From assembly GCA_036398775.1 (NCBI GenBank), contig DASWOJ010000137.1, positions 1,284 through 65,283 of the forward strand: a stretch of DNA of 64,000 bases. The letters are read 5' to 3'. The notes under the pieces are model-generated. The model saw only the letters and a list, made by a program, of their open reading frames with translations, was not told the origin of the DNA and searched no databases. The stretch's first letter is position 1, and each line of letters begins with the position of its first letter. Source of the DNA: Acetobacteraceae bacterium. Lineage in GTDB: Bacteria; Pseudomonadota; Alphaproteobacteria; Acetobacterales; Acetobacteraceae. Of this stretch, positions 54,615 through 64,000 are shown one piece after another. The position numbers and the translations under genes are program-made.

Positions 54615-54866
54615 CTAACTTTTCGTGCCGCTCCCGGCGCCCGCCTGGAACAGCCGGCTGAACGCGTCGCGCATCCCCTCCGGCGTGCCCGGCATCAGCG
54701 AAAACCACGAGCGCAGCACGGCGTCCGGGGAGAAGCGGTCGGCAGCCTCGTTCATCTGCGCCTCGACGCGGGCCATGAGCGCGGCCTGCATGGGCTTTAC
54801 GTCGGGCAGGCCCATGAACTGCCGGGCCTCGTCCGGGGTGCACTCAACCTCGATGGTGACCTTCAT
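54615..54866 (-). CDS. Small conserved hypothetical protein (83 aa)
   Basis: Clean ORF MKVTIEVECTPDEARQFMGLPDVKPMQ... with coding-like composition. Resembles small alphaproteobacterial proteins of unknown function; family name is not certain. Confidence 0.55.
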   Translation of the reverse strand: MKVTIEVECTPDEARQFMGLPDVKPMQAALMARVEAQMNEAADRFSPDAVLRSWFSLMPGTPEGMRDAFSRLFQAGAGSGTKS

Positions 54867-54985
54867 GGGCTGCCCCTGCTGCTGTGGACGCAGTGTGCTC
54901 CGTCCTGGCGGAAACGGGAAAGGCTTGATAGGTTTCGCCTAACAACAAGTGCTGCGGGCGTCGGTCCCGCCAGGGAAGGGCAGGA

Positions 54986-55465
54986 ATGAATTTACGCGCA
55001 GTTATTATAGCGGTGGCAACGCTGGCTGCGGTGCCGGCCGGTGCAGCCGAAGGGCCGCGGCTGGCTGTGTTCGGCTTTCACCTGAACAATACCTCGCCCG
55101 CCGCTTCCACCCCGGAGGAGCTGGCCCGGCTGCAACGCCTGGACGCGCAGTTGCGGAATGGCCTGCAGGATCGCTACGCGCTGGTGGACATCGCGCCGGT
55201 CCAAGGCAAGCTGGCCGGGGTGGACAGCATACGCGGCTGCAACGGCTGCGAGTTGGAGATGGCGCGGGAGCTGGGGGCGGACCAGGTGGCCTATGGCTGG
55301 GTGCAGAAGGTCAGCAACCTGATCCTGAACGTGAACCTGGTGGTGGAGGACGTCGCAACCGGCCGTACCCTGAAGGCAAACAGCGTGGACATGCGGGGCA
55401 ACACCGACGAAAGCTGGACACGGGGCCTGCACTACCTGCTTGAGGAGCGGATGTTCCGGAACTGA
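54986..55465 (+). CDS. Periplasmic protein, DUF3280-like (assignment tentative)
   Basis: Signal peptide MNLRAVIIAVATLAAVPAGAAEG. Pattern LAVFGFHLNNTS...CNGCELEMARELGADQVAYGWVQKVSNLILNVNL, recalled as DUF3280-type. Confidence 0.6.
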   Translation: MNLRAVIIAVATLAAVPAGAAEGPRLAVFGFHLNNTSPAASTPEELARLQRLDAQLRNGLQDRYALVDIAPVQGKLAGVDSIRGCNGCELEMARELGADQVAYGWVQKVSNLILNVNLVVEDVATGRTLKANSVDMRGNTDESWTRGLHYLLEERMFRN

Positions 55466-55840
55466 CGCACAGGCGCCCGGCCCATCGAGGCGGCGACGGT
55501 CCGCATGCAAGCCGATGGCGTCAGGGACAGCCGCCGACGGTTCGGCGATGCCGACCGCGCCAGCTTGCAGTGTTGCTCCCGGCGTCGGTGCACCCCGCCG
55601 CGGTTCCAGCGCCGGTCAATCGGCCTTGGAACCGCTGTTGAACGGGATGCGGGTTAGGTGCTCGCTGGAGAATGCCCTGCATTCAGCAGGTTGACGCCAT
55701 CAGCCAATCAACGGACCGGAACGGGGATCTACCTGCGCATTTTAGCCGATAACCTTTGCCGAACGGCGGAAGCACAGGGAAAACGGCGTCAGACGGATGG
55801 CGCAGCCGCGCCGCGAGACTGTTGCAGAATGCCCTCTGCT

Positions 55841-56605
55841 TTACAGGCTTGCAAACCGGCCGGTCGTTCCGTTGGGCACCAATACTGTTGGTTCGTCCGA
55901 GACATCCAGCACCCGCACCTTGTTTTCCAGCGCCCAAATGGCGGCTTGCGTCCGGTTAGTAGCCCGGATTTTACGCAGCAGGCTCTTGATGTGCGCCTTT
56001 ACTGTCGTCTCGGTGATATGCAACTCCCGGGCGATCAATTTGTTCGACGCGCCATCCACGAGCCAGCGGAGGACTTGGCTCTCGCGCTGGGACAGGATGA
56101 CCTCGCGTTCCCCTTTCGGCTTCGCAGAGGCCAGGCCGCGTCCGGCCATGACAGGAAACGGGATCGGCACCGCTTGGCCGCTTGGCGGCGCTTCCCAGGC
56201 AGAATGCAGGGAGGGCTGCGGGAACAACGTCTGTCCCAGCATAACCAGGTCGAGCGAACGCCGCAAAACCTCGCTCGAAATGTCTTGGCATAGCACGGCA
56301 TCAATGCCCGAAAAGGCCAAGCGACGGACCATGGTGGAGTCGGTAATGTCGGCGAGCACGACAAAGCGGCTGCGGCGCGGCTCGGTCCGGTTCCGCTGCA
56401 CCCAGTTCCTGACCGGCTCGGTCAACGGAACCGTACCTGGGCCGAGCAGCACGAGGGCCGGCAAGGCCCTGTCACTGAGGGTGAACAGCGCAGCTCTGGG
56501 CTGCACTTCCTCAACCACGACATAAGAGGAGTCGAGAAGCAGATGCTTCAGTCCGTTGGCAACGAGACGGACAGGCTCGACGATCAGAACTTCAACTTGA
56601 TGCAT
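55841..56605 (-). CDS. LuxR/FixJ-family transcription regulator with a degenerate (pseudo-)receiver domain
   Basis: C-terminal HTH LSQRESQVLRWLVDGASNKLIARELHITETTVKAHIKSLLRKI. The N-terminal REC-like fold lacks the acidic pocket (VLIVEPV), the phospho-Asp (LVLLGPG) and the conserved Lys (VLCQDIS). Confidence 0.8.
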   Translation of the reverse strand: MHQVEVLIVEPVRLVANGLKHLLLDSSYVVVEEVQPRAALFTLSDRALPALVLLGPGTVPLTEPVRNWVQRNRTEPRRSRFVVLADITDSTMVRRLAFSGIDAVLCQDISSEVLRRSLDLVMLGQTLFPQPSLHSAWEAPPSGQAVPIPFPVMAGRGLASAKPKGEREVILSQRESQVLRWLVDGASNKLIARELHITETTVKAHIKSLLRKIRATNRTQAAIWALENKVRVLDVSDEPTVLVPNGTTGRFASL

Positions 56606-57216
56606 TCACGTCACCCACCAGCGTTTCTCACTACCGGCGCTTCCTCCCCGTTGCGGCCTCTCCTCACCAAGCTTTGACAGCCGGTGGACCCCGCACGATT
56701 TTGATCAGGCATCTTCATAATGCGACATAATCGCCGTGCTGTCCATCATTTCTAGGTGTGATTGAGATTTGTCTCATGCATTTGTAAGGGAAAATTCTTC
56801 GACCCGATCCAAATTGCGGCTACATCACGAGATTGTGATACCAGACGCTGCACCGTGTCCCACCCAGTGGCGGACGCCGTGATGTTCCTTCCTCAAACCG
56901 AGCCGAACTTGACTGTCCCAGCAACGACCTGTCCAATTCTTGTCCTGTCCGAGAACTCCTCAACCCGGGTCACGAGATGGCCGGCCAGACGGCGCTGGCC
57001 GCCGGTTCGGCGTGGTTGCCGGCAGCCGGGGCAGAGCGGGCGTCTGCTTCTTCGGCATCGGCGCTTCGTACGACGACCTGGCTGCTCAAGCCGCATCCAT
57101 GCCGGATGACGGGACTATAAGGTATCTCTGACGATACCAAGCTCACGGCACTATAGCATGACGTTGCGATACCGTGTCAATTGAATGTTGGCTGCGCCCG
57201 TGATAGCGGCTATGCG

Positions 57217-57834
57217 ATGCACTTCGCAGCGCTGATGTTCGTGACCGACTTCGCCGACCAGGCAGTGATCTTGCCCGTGGTTGCCGTCGTGTTCCTGATC
57301 CTCCTGGCGCAGCGGCGCTGGCAGGTCGCCAGCGCCTGGATGCTGGCGATACCCGGCGTGCTCGGAACCCTGCTGGTCCTCAAGGTCGCCTGCTATGCCT
57401 GTGGCTGGCTGCTTCCGGCGCTCGGCCTGGATCAACTCGCTCTGCGCAGCCCCAGCGGACACGTGGCGTCCGCCGCCGTGGTCAGCAGCGGCGTCGTCGC
57501 CCTGCAGGCTGGGCGCATGCGGGTCGGCGCAATCCCCGCGGCGCTGACCGCAGCGTTGGCTGCCGCAGTGGTGATCGGCGTGACCCGGGTCCTGCTCGGC
57601 GCCCATTCCATGGCCGAAGTGGTCGTGGCAGCCGCTATCGGCGGGGCAGGGGCGGTGGCGTTCGCCCGGCTGAGCGGCCGGCACCTGAAGGAGAAATCCG
57701 GCCTGCCCATCGCAATGGCTGCCGCCATCATGCTCGTCGTGTTCCACGGCAGCCACCTGCCGGCCGAGGCCGTCATCCAGAGTGCGGCGGCCGCGACGCT
57801 GAGGCAGTGGGTTCCTGCCTGCCAGCCAGACTAG
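57217..57834 (+). CDS. PAP2-family (phosphatidic acid phosphatase type 2-like) membrane protein
   Basis: Polytopic membrane ORF with RSPSGH and TRVLLGAHSMAEV (SRxxxxxHxxxD-like) motifs. Start set at the ATG at 57217. Confidence 0.6.
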   Translation: MHFAALMFVTDFADQAVILPVVAVVFLILLAQRRWQVASAWMLAIPGVLGTLLVLKVACYACGWLLPALGLDQLALRSPSGHVASAAVVSSGVVALQAGRMRVGAIPAALTAALAAAVVIGVTRVLLGAHSMAEVVVAAAIGGAGAVAFARLSGRHLKEKSGLPIAMAAAIMLVVFHGSHLPAEAVIQSAAAATLRQWVPACQPD

Positions 57835-58020
57835 CGTCCTGCCTGCAATCCCGGCGCAACCGCCGCCAGCAGCCATGTGCCCTGGCGCGCACCGAGGCGC
57901 CATGCCAATAGTGCCTAATCACAAATGCGTGAACGTTCTGACTATTTAGGGTTATCCCAAAGTTTGTTTGAAGCCTTTCGCTAATTCCCGTATCGATCCG
58001 TTAACAAGTGGTGCTGGCGT

Positions 58021-58045
58021 GAGCAATCGTTAAAAAGGATTGCTC
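58021..58045. promoter_or_regulatory. 8-bp perfect inverted repeat in the AT-rich spacer upstream of the glycosyltransferase cluster
   Basis: GAGCAATC-gttaaaaag-GATTGCTC, located 56 nt upstream of the first glycosyltransferase ATG. Confidence 0.3.
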
Positions 58046-58100
58046 GCGCCTGGCCACTGACTTGTCTGGGACTCACATCCCCGTTGGAAAGGTCGGACTG

Positions 58101-59171
58101 ATGGGCGTGAAGGTGGCGATCTTAACCAATTATCTCGACACGTGCCCGGCCTGGTGGCCTGCCATCGGCGGGTGTCCAGCCGTCACGGAGCACCGCACCA
58201 TGCGCTCCGGGCCAGGCACGCTGGCCCGTCTTCTTTCGTATCGTCCGGACATCGTCGTGTCCGGCGAGTTCGGGGCGGCAGCCCTACAGGCCGCCTTTTA
58301 CCGGGCAGTGCGGCCACGGTCGCGCTTCGTCCTGTGCTTGGCGGACACGCCGCGGACGTCCGGCCTGCGCAGACGGGTGGTCCTGGACCGCGCAGATGTG
58401 ATGCTGGCCGAGGGCGGCGCGGTCGCCCATGCCACGGAGCAGCTTGCCGGCTCCGCCGGACGCGTGTTCGCCGTCGCCATGCCGTTCGACCTGGAGCCTT
58501 TCTTTGATTGCGCGGAGACCCGGCCGGCGCCGGAGGCATACCGGATGGTCCATGCGGGCGACCTGTCGCCGCAATCCGGCGCCGCTGACCTGCTGGCGGG
58601 GGTCGCCGCCTGCGCCGAGCAGCAGCCGCGCCGGAATCTGGAGATCTGGTGGGCCGGGGACGGCGACCTGACCGGCGTTCTCGCTGCGCAGCCGCTGCCT
58701 CCGAACCTGTCGCAGCGTTTTCTCGGCCGGCTCGACGGGCCGGGCCTGGCCCGGGTTTTCGGGCATTGCGGCCTGTTGGTGGCGCCATCGCTTGCCGACG
58801 ACAAGCAGGCGCAGGCGGCCCAGGGCATGGCGGCGGGACTGCCGGTGCTGGGCAGCACCCGCTGCCGGATCGTCCGTCAACTGGTGCGCGAAGGCGTGAA
58901 CGGCTGGCTGTTCGACCCGCTCCGGCCTGCCGATGTGGTCCAGGCCGTGAGACGCGCCCTGGACGTTCCCGCCAGCCACCTCGACCTGATGCGGGAACAG
59001 GCGCGGGCGCTCGTGCGTCCCTCGCCGTCCCAGGAGTTCGCCGGCCAGCTCGGCCACGCCATCACCGCCGCGCTGGCCGCGCCCAACCGGGCGCCAGCCC
59101 GGACGCCAGCCCGGACGCCGCTGGTCCCCCACGGAGTGCGGCAGCTCGCGCGCTCTATCTCGGTGCGGTAG
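58101..59171 (+). CDS. Glycosyltransferase (GT4/GT1-like)
   Basis: Start set at the ATG at 58101 (MGVKVAILTNY). GT-B C-terminal pattern (LLVAPSLADDKQ...EGVNGWLF). First gene of an EPS-like cluster. Confidence 0.7.
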   Translation: MGVKVAILTNYLDTCPAWWPAIGGCPAVTEHRTMRSGPGTLARLLSYRPDIVVSGEFGAAALQAAFYRAVRPRSRFVLCLADTPRTSGLRRRVVLDRADVMLAEGGAVAHATEQLAGSAGRVFAVAMPFDLEPFFDCAETRPAPEAYRMVHAGDLSPQSGAADLLAGVAACAEQQPRRNLEIWWAGDGDLTGVLAAQPLPPNLSQRFLGRLDGPGLARVFGHCGLLVAPSLADDKQAQAAQGMAAGLPVLGSTRCRIVRQLVREGVNGWLFDPLRPADVVQAVRRALDVPASHLDLMREQARALVRPSPSQEFAGQLGHAITAALAAPNRAPARTPARTPLVPHGVRQLARSISVR

Positions 59172-60620
59172 TTGAACATGCGAACGGCATCCCACACACC
59201 CGCGGCATACACCTGGATCGAGGCGCAGGCGGGCGCGCGCGCCATTTCACCCGGCAGCAGCCCGGTAAAGCTGCTGGGCGGCGCCATGGCCGCCGCCGAT
59301 GCGGCGGTGGTGCTGGTGTCGTCCATCGCCGCCTACCTGATCCGGCACGGGGCGGTGACGATGTCGGAGGAGGTCGCGGTCACCACCCTGCTCGCGGCGG
59401 TCCTGACGGTGAACTCGATGGCGCTGGCCGGCTGCTACACGCGGCACGTCACCGCCCCGCTTGCCGCCCAGGTCGGCCGCGCCATGCAGGGCTGGTCGCT
59501 GGTCTTCGTCATCCTGCTGGTGGTCGCCTACCTGGCGAAGGTATCCGACGGCTTCTCCCGGGTCTGGGCAGTCGGCTGGTATGTCGCGGTCCTGTTCGGA
59601 ATCGCCCTGGTCAGGGCTGCGGCCGCAGAGAGGGTGCGGCAGTGGCGGCGGCGGGGCAAGCTGGCCCGCACCGTGGCAGTGCTGGACCTGGCCGGGACCG
59701 GGGACGACCTCGCCCGCCGGCTCCTGCACAGCAGCGTAGGCGAGATGCGCCTCGTCGGCGTGTTCTCCATGCAGCCAGCCGCCGACCGCCGCAACGGCAT
59801 CGCCGACTTGCTGGCGGTGTCGCGCCTGTTCCGCGTTGACGAGGTGATCATCGCCGCTTCCGGCGCCGCCGGCGAGTTGGTTGATGCCGCCATACGCACC
59901 ATCGGCACGATCCCCACCCATGTCCGCCTGTGCCTGGACATGCCCCGCACGGCGGCCGCGCCGCTGGAGGCCGGGCTGCTGTATGGGGAGCCGGTCGTGA
60001 CGGTCTGCCACCGTCCCATGATGGGCTGGAGCCGCGTGGCCAAGCGGGCCGAGGACCTGGTGCTCACGGTCTTGGCGCTCATCATCCTGGCGCCGCTGAT
60101 GCTGCTCATCGCCCTGCTCATCAAGCTGGACAGCCCAGGCCCGGTGCTGTTCCGGCAGGCGCGGCTCGGCTTCAACAACAACGTCATCACCGTTTACAAA
60201 TTCCGCTCCATGCGGCACCGGCCCTCGGCGGACGCCGAGGTGCGGCAGGCCCAGCGCAACGACCCGCGCTTCACCCGCCTCGGCCGCTTCCTGCGCCGGA
60301 CCAGCCTCGACGAGCTGCCGCAGCTGTTCAACGTGCTGCAGGACGGGATGTCCCTGGTCGGCCCGCGCCCGCATGCCCTCGCGCACAACGACCAGTATGC
60401 GGCGCTGATCAACGGCTATCTCGGCCGCCACCGGATGCAGCCCGGCATCACCGGCTGGGCGCAGGTGAACGGCTTCCGCGGCGAGACCGACACCCTCGAG
60501 AAGATGCAGCGCCGGGTCGAGCACGACCTGGCGTACATAGACGGCTGGTCGCTCATGCTGGACCTCCGCATCCTGTTCATGACCGTGTTCAGCCCGTCGT
60601 CGCAACAAAATGCCTTCTGA
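59172..60620 (+). CDS. Polyprenyl-phosphate hexose-1-phosphate transferase (WcaJ/undecaprenyl-phosphate glucose phosphotransferase family)
   Basis: N-terminal TM bundle and the C-terminal catalytic block VYKFRSMR...RLGRFLRRTSLDELPQLFNVLQDGMSLVGPRPHA. Start is TTG 59172 or ATG 59178. Confidence 0.88.
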   Translation: MNMRTASHTPAAYTWIEAQAGARAISPGSSPVKLLGGAMAAADAAVVLVSSIAAYLIRHGAVTMSEEVAVTTLLAAVLTVNSMALAGCYTRHVTAPLAAQVGRAMQGWSLVFVILLVVAYLAKVSDGFSRVWAVGWYVAVLFGIALVRAAAAERVRQWRRRGKLARTVAVLDLAGTGDDLARRLLHSSVGEMRLVGVFSMQPAADRRNGIADLLAVSRLFRVDEVIIAASGAAGELVDAAIRTIGTIPTHVRLCLDMPRTAAAPLEAGLLYGEPVVTVCHRPMMGWSRVAKRAEDLVLTVLALIILAPLMLLIALLIKLDSPGPVLFRQARLGFNNNVITVYKFRSMRHRPSADAEVRQAQRNDPRFTRLGRFLRRTSLDELPQLFNVLQDGMSLVGPRPHALAHNDQYAALINGYLGRHRMQPGITGWAQVNGFRGETDTLEKMQRRVEHDLAYIDGWSLMLDLRILFMTVFSPSSQQNAF

Positions 60621-60672
60621 TGGCCGCCTCGGTGCTACGTCCGTTCCGGCATACTCATTCCAGGATCGAACC

Positions 60673-61875
60673 ATGAAGATTGCGCTCGTCTGCGACACCA
60701 TGTCCGCCTATGGCGGAGCCGAGCGGGTGATCGAGCAGATCCTTGCCATGTATCCCACCGCGGACGTGTTCACGGTGCTGGACGCGGTGCCGCCGGGCCA
60801 GCGCGGCTTCCTGGGCGGGCGGCCCCTGCATTCCACCTTCCTGCAGAAGCTGCCGCGCATTCCGAAGTACTACCGCAAGCTGCTGCACCTGTGGCCGCTC
60901 GCAGTGGAGCAGTTGGACGTGATGGCGTATGACCTCGTCATCTCGACCCACCACAGCGTCGCCTATGGCGTGCTGACCCGTCCGGGGCAGGTCCACGTGT
61001 CCTACGTGTTCTCCCCGGCCCGCTACGCCTGGGACTTGCAGCACGAATACCTGCGGGAGGCCAAGCTGGACCGCGGCCCCCTGAGCCTTCTCGCCCGGCA
61101 CACGCTGCACAAGATGCGGCTGTGGGACTACGCCGCGGCGCAGCGCCCGGACGCCGTCGCGGGCTGCTCGCGCTTCGTGTCCGAGCGGATGTGGCGCGTC
61201 CACCGCCGTCAGGCCGACGTGATCTACCCGCCGGTGCCCGCCATCGCACGGCCGGCTGCGGTGGAGAAGGGCGACTACTACATCTCGGTCGGCCGGCTCG
61301 TGCCTTATAAAAGGATCGAGCTGCTGGCGCGCGCCTTCTCGCAGATGCCGGGACGCCGGCTCAAGATCGTCGGCGCCGGCCCCGACATGAAGAAGGTCGC
61401 GGCATCCTGCGGGCCGAACGTCGAGATGCTTGGCTTCCGCTCCAACGAGGAGGTGCGCAGCCTGCTGGCAGGGGCGCGCGCCTTCATGTTCGCAGGCATC
61501 GAGGACTTCGGCATCACCGCCGTTGAGGCGCAGGCGCTCGGCACCCCGGTGATCGCGCTGGCCGATGGCGGACTGCGGGAAACCGTCATCGGCGCCCCCG
61601 GCCCGGAGGCGACCGGCCTGTTCTTCGCGGAGCAGACGGCGGAGGCGGTCATGGACGCCGTGGAGCGGTTCGAGCGCGTGCCCGGCGGCTTCTCCCCAGA
61701 GGCCTGCATCGCCAACGCCGACCGCTTCTCCGAAGCGGCGTTCCGCACCGCGTTCAGCGCCTTCGTGGACCGCGCCCTCAAGGCGGAGCGCAAGTCGCCG
61801 GCGTTCATGCCCAGCCCCGCCTACGATGCGCCGGTTGCAAGCGGCCTGCTCCCGGCCGGAGCGGCCCTGCCATGA
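60673..61875 (+). CDS. Glycosyltransferase family 4
   Basis: Trimmed to the ATG at 60673 (MKIALVCDTMSAYGGAERV). C-terminal EDFGITAVEAQALGTPVIA motif. Confidence 0.85.
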   Translation: MKIALVCDTMSAYGGAERVIEQILAMYPTADVFTVLDAVPPGQRGFLGGRPLHSTFLQKLPRIPKYYRKLLHLWPLAVEQLDVMAYDLVISTHHSVAYGVLTRPGQVHVSYVFSPARYAWDLQHEYLREAKLDRGPLSLLARHTLHKMRLWDYAAAQRPDAVAGCSRFVSERMWRVHRRQADVIYPPVPAIARPAAVEKGDYYISVGRLVPYKRIELLARAFSQMPGRRLKIVGAGPDMKKVAASCGPNVEMLGFRSNEEVRSLLAGARAFMFAGIEDFGITAVEAQALGTPVIALADGGLRETVIGAPGPEATGLFFAEQTAEAVMDAVERFERVPGGFSPEACIANADRFSEAAFRTAFSAFVDRALKAERKSPAFMPSPAYDAPVASGLLPAGAALP

Positions 61876-63098
61876 GCCGCGGCGCATCATCCGTCGTGCC
61901 GGCGCCGGCGGGCGTCGAGCGGCGCTGGGATAGCCTGGATGCGCTGCGGGGCATCGCGGCCTTCCTGGTCCTCACGTTCCACTGCTCCCAGGTGTCCAGC
62001 GGCTTCGCGCTACGGGCCAACCCGCTCAACCCGGCAAGCTGGCTGGAGCCTTGGACCTGGCTGAAATACACCCCGCTCCGCCTGCTGGTCAGCAGCGGGC
62101 CGCCGGCGGTGGTGCTGTTCTTCGCCCTCAGCGGCTTCGTGCTCAGCATGCCGTTCCTGCGCGCCCGGCGGCAGCCCGGCTACGCCGAGTTCGCGGTGAA
62201 GCGGGTGTGCCGCATCTACCCGCCCTTCGCCTTCGCGGTCCTGGTTTCCGCCGCGCTGTATGCGCTGGTCCAGCCCTCGCCGATCCCGGCCTTGAGCGCG
62301 TGGTTCAACGAGGTGCTCTGGACCCGGCCGCTGTCGGCCGACTACATCGCCCGCAACCTGCTGATGACCGGGCTGCACGACGACATGACGCTGGACCTCG
62401 TGATGTGGAGCCTGGTGCACGAGCTTCGCATTTCGCTGATCTTCCCGGCCCTGTTCCTGCTGACCCGGCGCTGGCCCGCAGCGACCTTCGCTGCCAGCCT
62501 GCTGGGCGGGGTGGCGTGCACGGCGGCGCACGCCGGCACCGACGCGGACAGCTTCGTGATGTCGCTGGTGGACACCGGGCGGTTCGTGGTGCTGTTCGTC
62601 GCCGGCATCCTGGTCGCCGGGCACTTGGAGGCGATCCGCGGCGCGGTCGGCCGGCTGCCGTCCCGCGCCATTCCCCTGGCCTGGGTCGTGGGCATCGGGC
62701 TGCTGATGGCGCCCGGGCCGACCGTGTTCGCCTACTACGATTTCGTCTGGGGCCTGGGCGCCGTGCTGCTGCTCGCGGTGGTCGTGGGATCGCCGGCGTC
62801 CGACCGGGCGCTGTCCGCGCCGCCGCTGGTGTGGCTGGGCAAGGTGTCCTACAGCCTTTATCTGATCCACGTCCCGCTGCTGGTCGCCGCCGTCCACCTG
62901 ACCTACGGCTGGCTGCCGCTGGGCGTCACCATCCCAGCCGTCATCGCGGCGTCGCTGCTGTGCGCCGAACTGATGCACCGCTTCGTCGAGTTGCCGTCCA
63001 TCCGCCTGGGCCGCGCGCTGGGCGGGCTGCGCCGGCCCGGGGGCGCGCTGCCGCTGCCGGAACCGGTGCGCGCCGCCGCAGGGGGGCGCCAGCAATGA
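61872..63098 (+). CDS. Acyltransferase family 3 membrane protein (O-acyltransferase)
   Basis: LDALRGIAAFLVLTFH N-terminal motif, about 10 TM segments, and a 4-nt overlap with the upstream GT gene. Confidence 0.8.
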   Translation: MSRGASSVVPAPAGVERRWDSLDALRGIAAFLVLTFHCSQVSSGFALRANPLNPASWLEPWTWLKYTPLRLLVSSGPPAVVLFFALSGFVLSMPFLRARRQPGYAEFAVKRVCRIYPPFAFAVLVSAALYALVQPSPIPALSAWFNEVLWTRPLSADYIARNLLMTGLHDDMTLDLVMWSLVHELRISLIFPALFLLTRRWPAATFAASLLGGVACTAAHAGTDADSFVMSLVDTGRFVVLFVAGILVAGHLEAIRGAVGRLPSRAIPLAWVVGIGLLMAPGPTVFAYYDFVWGLGAVLLLAVVVGSPASDRALSAPPLVWLGKVSYSLYLIHVPLLVAAVHLTYGWLPLGVTIPAVIAASLLCAELMHRFVELPSIRLGRALGGLRRPGGALPLPEPVRAAAGGRQQ

Positions 63099-64000
63099 CC
63101 GCCGCTCCTTCCGTGCTCCGCATCGATCAGGTCGTCATGGAGTTCAGCCTCAAGGGCGGTACCGAGGCGGTGGCGTTCGAGATGCAGCGCGCCTTCCGCG
63201 CCGCCGGCGTTGACTGCCGCGTCGTCACCAGCATGGCCGAGGATACCGCGCCCGACGTGAAGCGGATCGCCCCGGCGCTGGCCCGCATCGGCACCCGCGG
63301 GCGCTGGCGGCACGTGGGCCGCGCGCTTGCCGTGCCGCTGTTCACCCTGGCCGCGGCCAACTTCCTGCGCGCTGGCCGGCGGGAGCGCCGCGTGGTGCTG
63401 AGCCACGGCGACACCCTGGGCGGCGACGTGCGCGTGGTCCACGCCGTCAACCGCGCCAACCTGGACATGAAGCGCGCCGCCGGGTCGTGGCGCTGGATGC
63501 TGAACCCGCTGCACCATTGGGTGTCGCTGCGGGACCGCTTCGTGATCGGCGGCCTGCGGTTCCGCCGCTACGTCGCCCTGTCCGAGCGCGTGGTGCAGGA
63601 GTTGCAGCAGTACTACGGCGTGCCGCGCGACCGCATCGTGATCATCCCGAACGGCGTCAACCTCGACCGCTTCACGTCCGAACCGGGTGACCGGGACGCG
63701 ACGCGGGCCGGCCTGGGCGTCGCCGCCGCTGCGCCGCTGCTGCTGTTCGCCGGGCACGAGTTCGACCGCAAGGGGCTGGTTTACGCGATAGACGCCTTGG
63801 CCGCGCTGGGCCGCCCCGATGTCCGGCTGGCCGTCGCCGGCGCCGGGCAGGCCGCGCCCTACGCCGCCCACGCCCGGCGGCTCGGGGTGGAGCATCAGGT
63901 GCTGTTCCTCGGCGCACGGTCCGACCTGCCGCAGCTTTACCGCGCCGCCGACGCCTTCGTGTTCCCGACCGCCTACGAGTCGTTCTCGCTCACCTGCATG
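63095..64000 (+). CDS. Glycosyltransferase family 4 (3' end outside the window)
   Basis: Not in the ORF track because it has no stop; read directly. The ATG at 63095 overlaps the upstream stop (ATGA). MTAAPSVLRIDQVVMEFSLKGGTE...RIVIIPNGVNLDRF...LLLFAGHEFDRKGL...DAFVFPTAYESFSL. The frame stays open to position 64000. Confidence 0.75.
   Translation, partial: MTAAPSVLRIDQVVMEFSLKGGTEAVAFEMQRAFRAAGVDCRVVTSMAEDTAPDVKRIAPALARIGTRGRWRHVGRALAVPLFTLAAANFLRAGRRERRVVLSHGDTLGGDVRVVHAVNRANLDMKRAAGSWRWMLNPLHHWVSLRDRFVIGGLRFRRYVALSERVVQELQQYYGVPRDRIVIIPNGVNLDRFTSEPGDRDATRAGLGVAAAAPLLLFAGHEFDRKGLVYAIDALAALGRPDVRLAVAGAGQAAPYAAHARRLGVEHQVLFLGARSDLPQLYRAADAFVFPTAYESFSLTCM

Overview
High-GC (about 70% by eye) chromosomal segment with alphaproteobacterial, Rhodospirillales/Acetobacteraceae-like synteny (inference from gene order: hemC-hemD-mic60-like-hemY, glnD-mutS divergent from maeB). 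I call about 58 protein genes, nearly all ordinary housekeeping or metabolic. In order: dadA tail, vapBC toxin-antitoxin pair, an aminotransferase plus the cobT-cobS-cobC-like cobalamin nucleotide-loop genes, the hem cluster, tsaD, rlmJ, gpsA, murJ, trpS, paaX and paaABCDE, SDRs, copCD, a hybrid histidine kinase, glnD, mutS, maeB, adenosine kinase, an MCP, a DUF1800/DUF1501 pair, and the start of an exopolysaccharide-type glycosyltransferase cluster. I saw no rRNA, tRNA, CRISPR array, transposase, integrase or phage genes. I found no convincing novel multi-gene system. The points most worth a second look are listed here. (1) A dispersed ~150-bp palindromic-end repeat family, with 6 full copies and 1 solo arm; two copies sit inside the paa operon and one overlaps the 5' end of an ABC binding-protein gene. 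(2) A minus-strand attenuator-like leader or sRNA candidate at 51.60-51.72 kb, made of a perfect hairpin, an alternative pairing, an intrinsic terminator and a 14-codon uORF. (3) About 68-bp imperfect inverted repeats bracketing the MCP cassette. (4) An MFS transporter fused through a 13th TM helix and a Pro/Ala linker to a Cys-less FGE-sulfatase (SUMF1-like) domain. (5) A Tat-signal class II aldolase plus MBL hydrolase pair. (6) A Mic60-like protein with five 54-bp tandem repeats. (7) A 27-bp-stem palindrome after paaE. All product names come from motif recognition by eye, with no searches run. Many starts were trimmed from the supplied ORFs and are uncertain by tens of nucleotides. The long ORFs antisense to real genes are high-GC artefacts.
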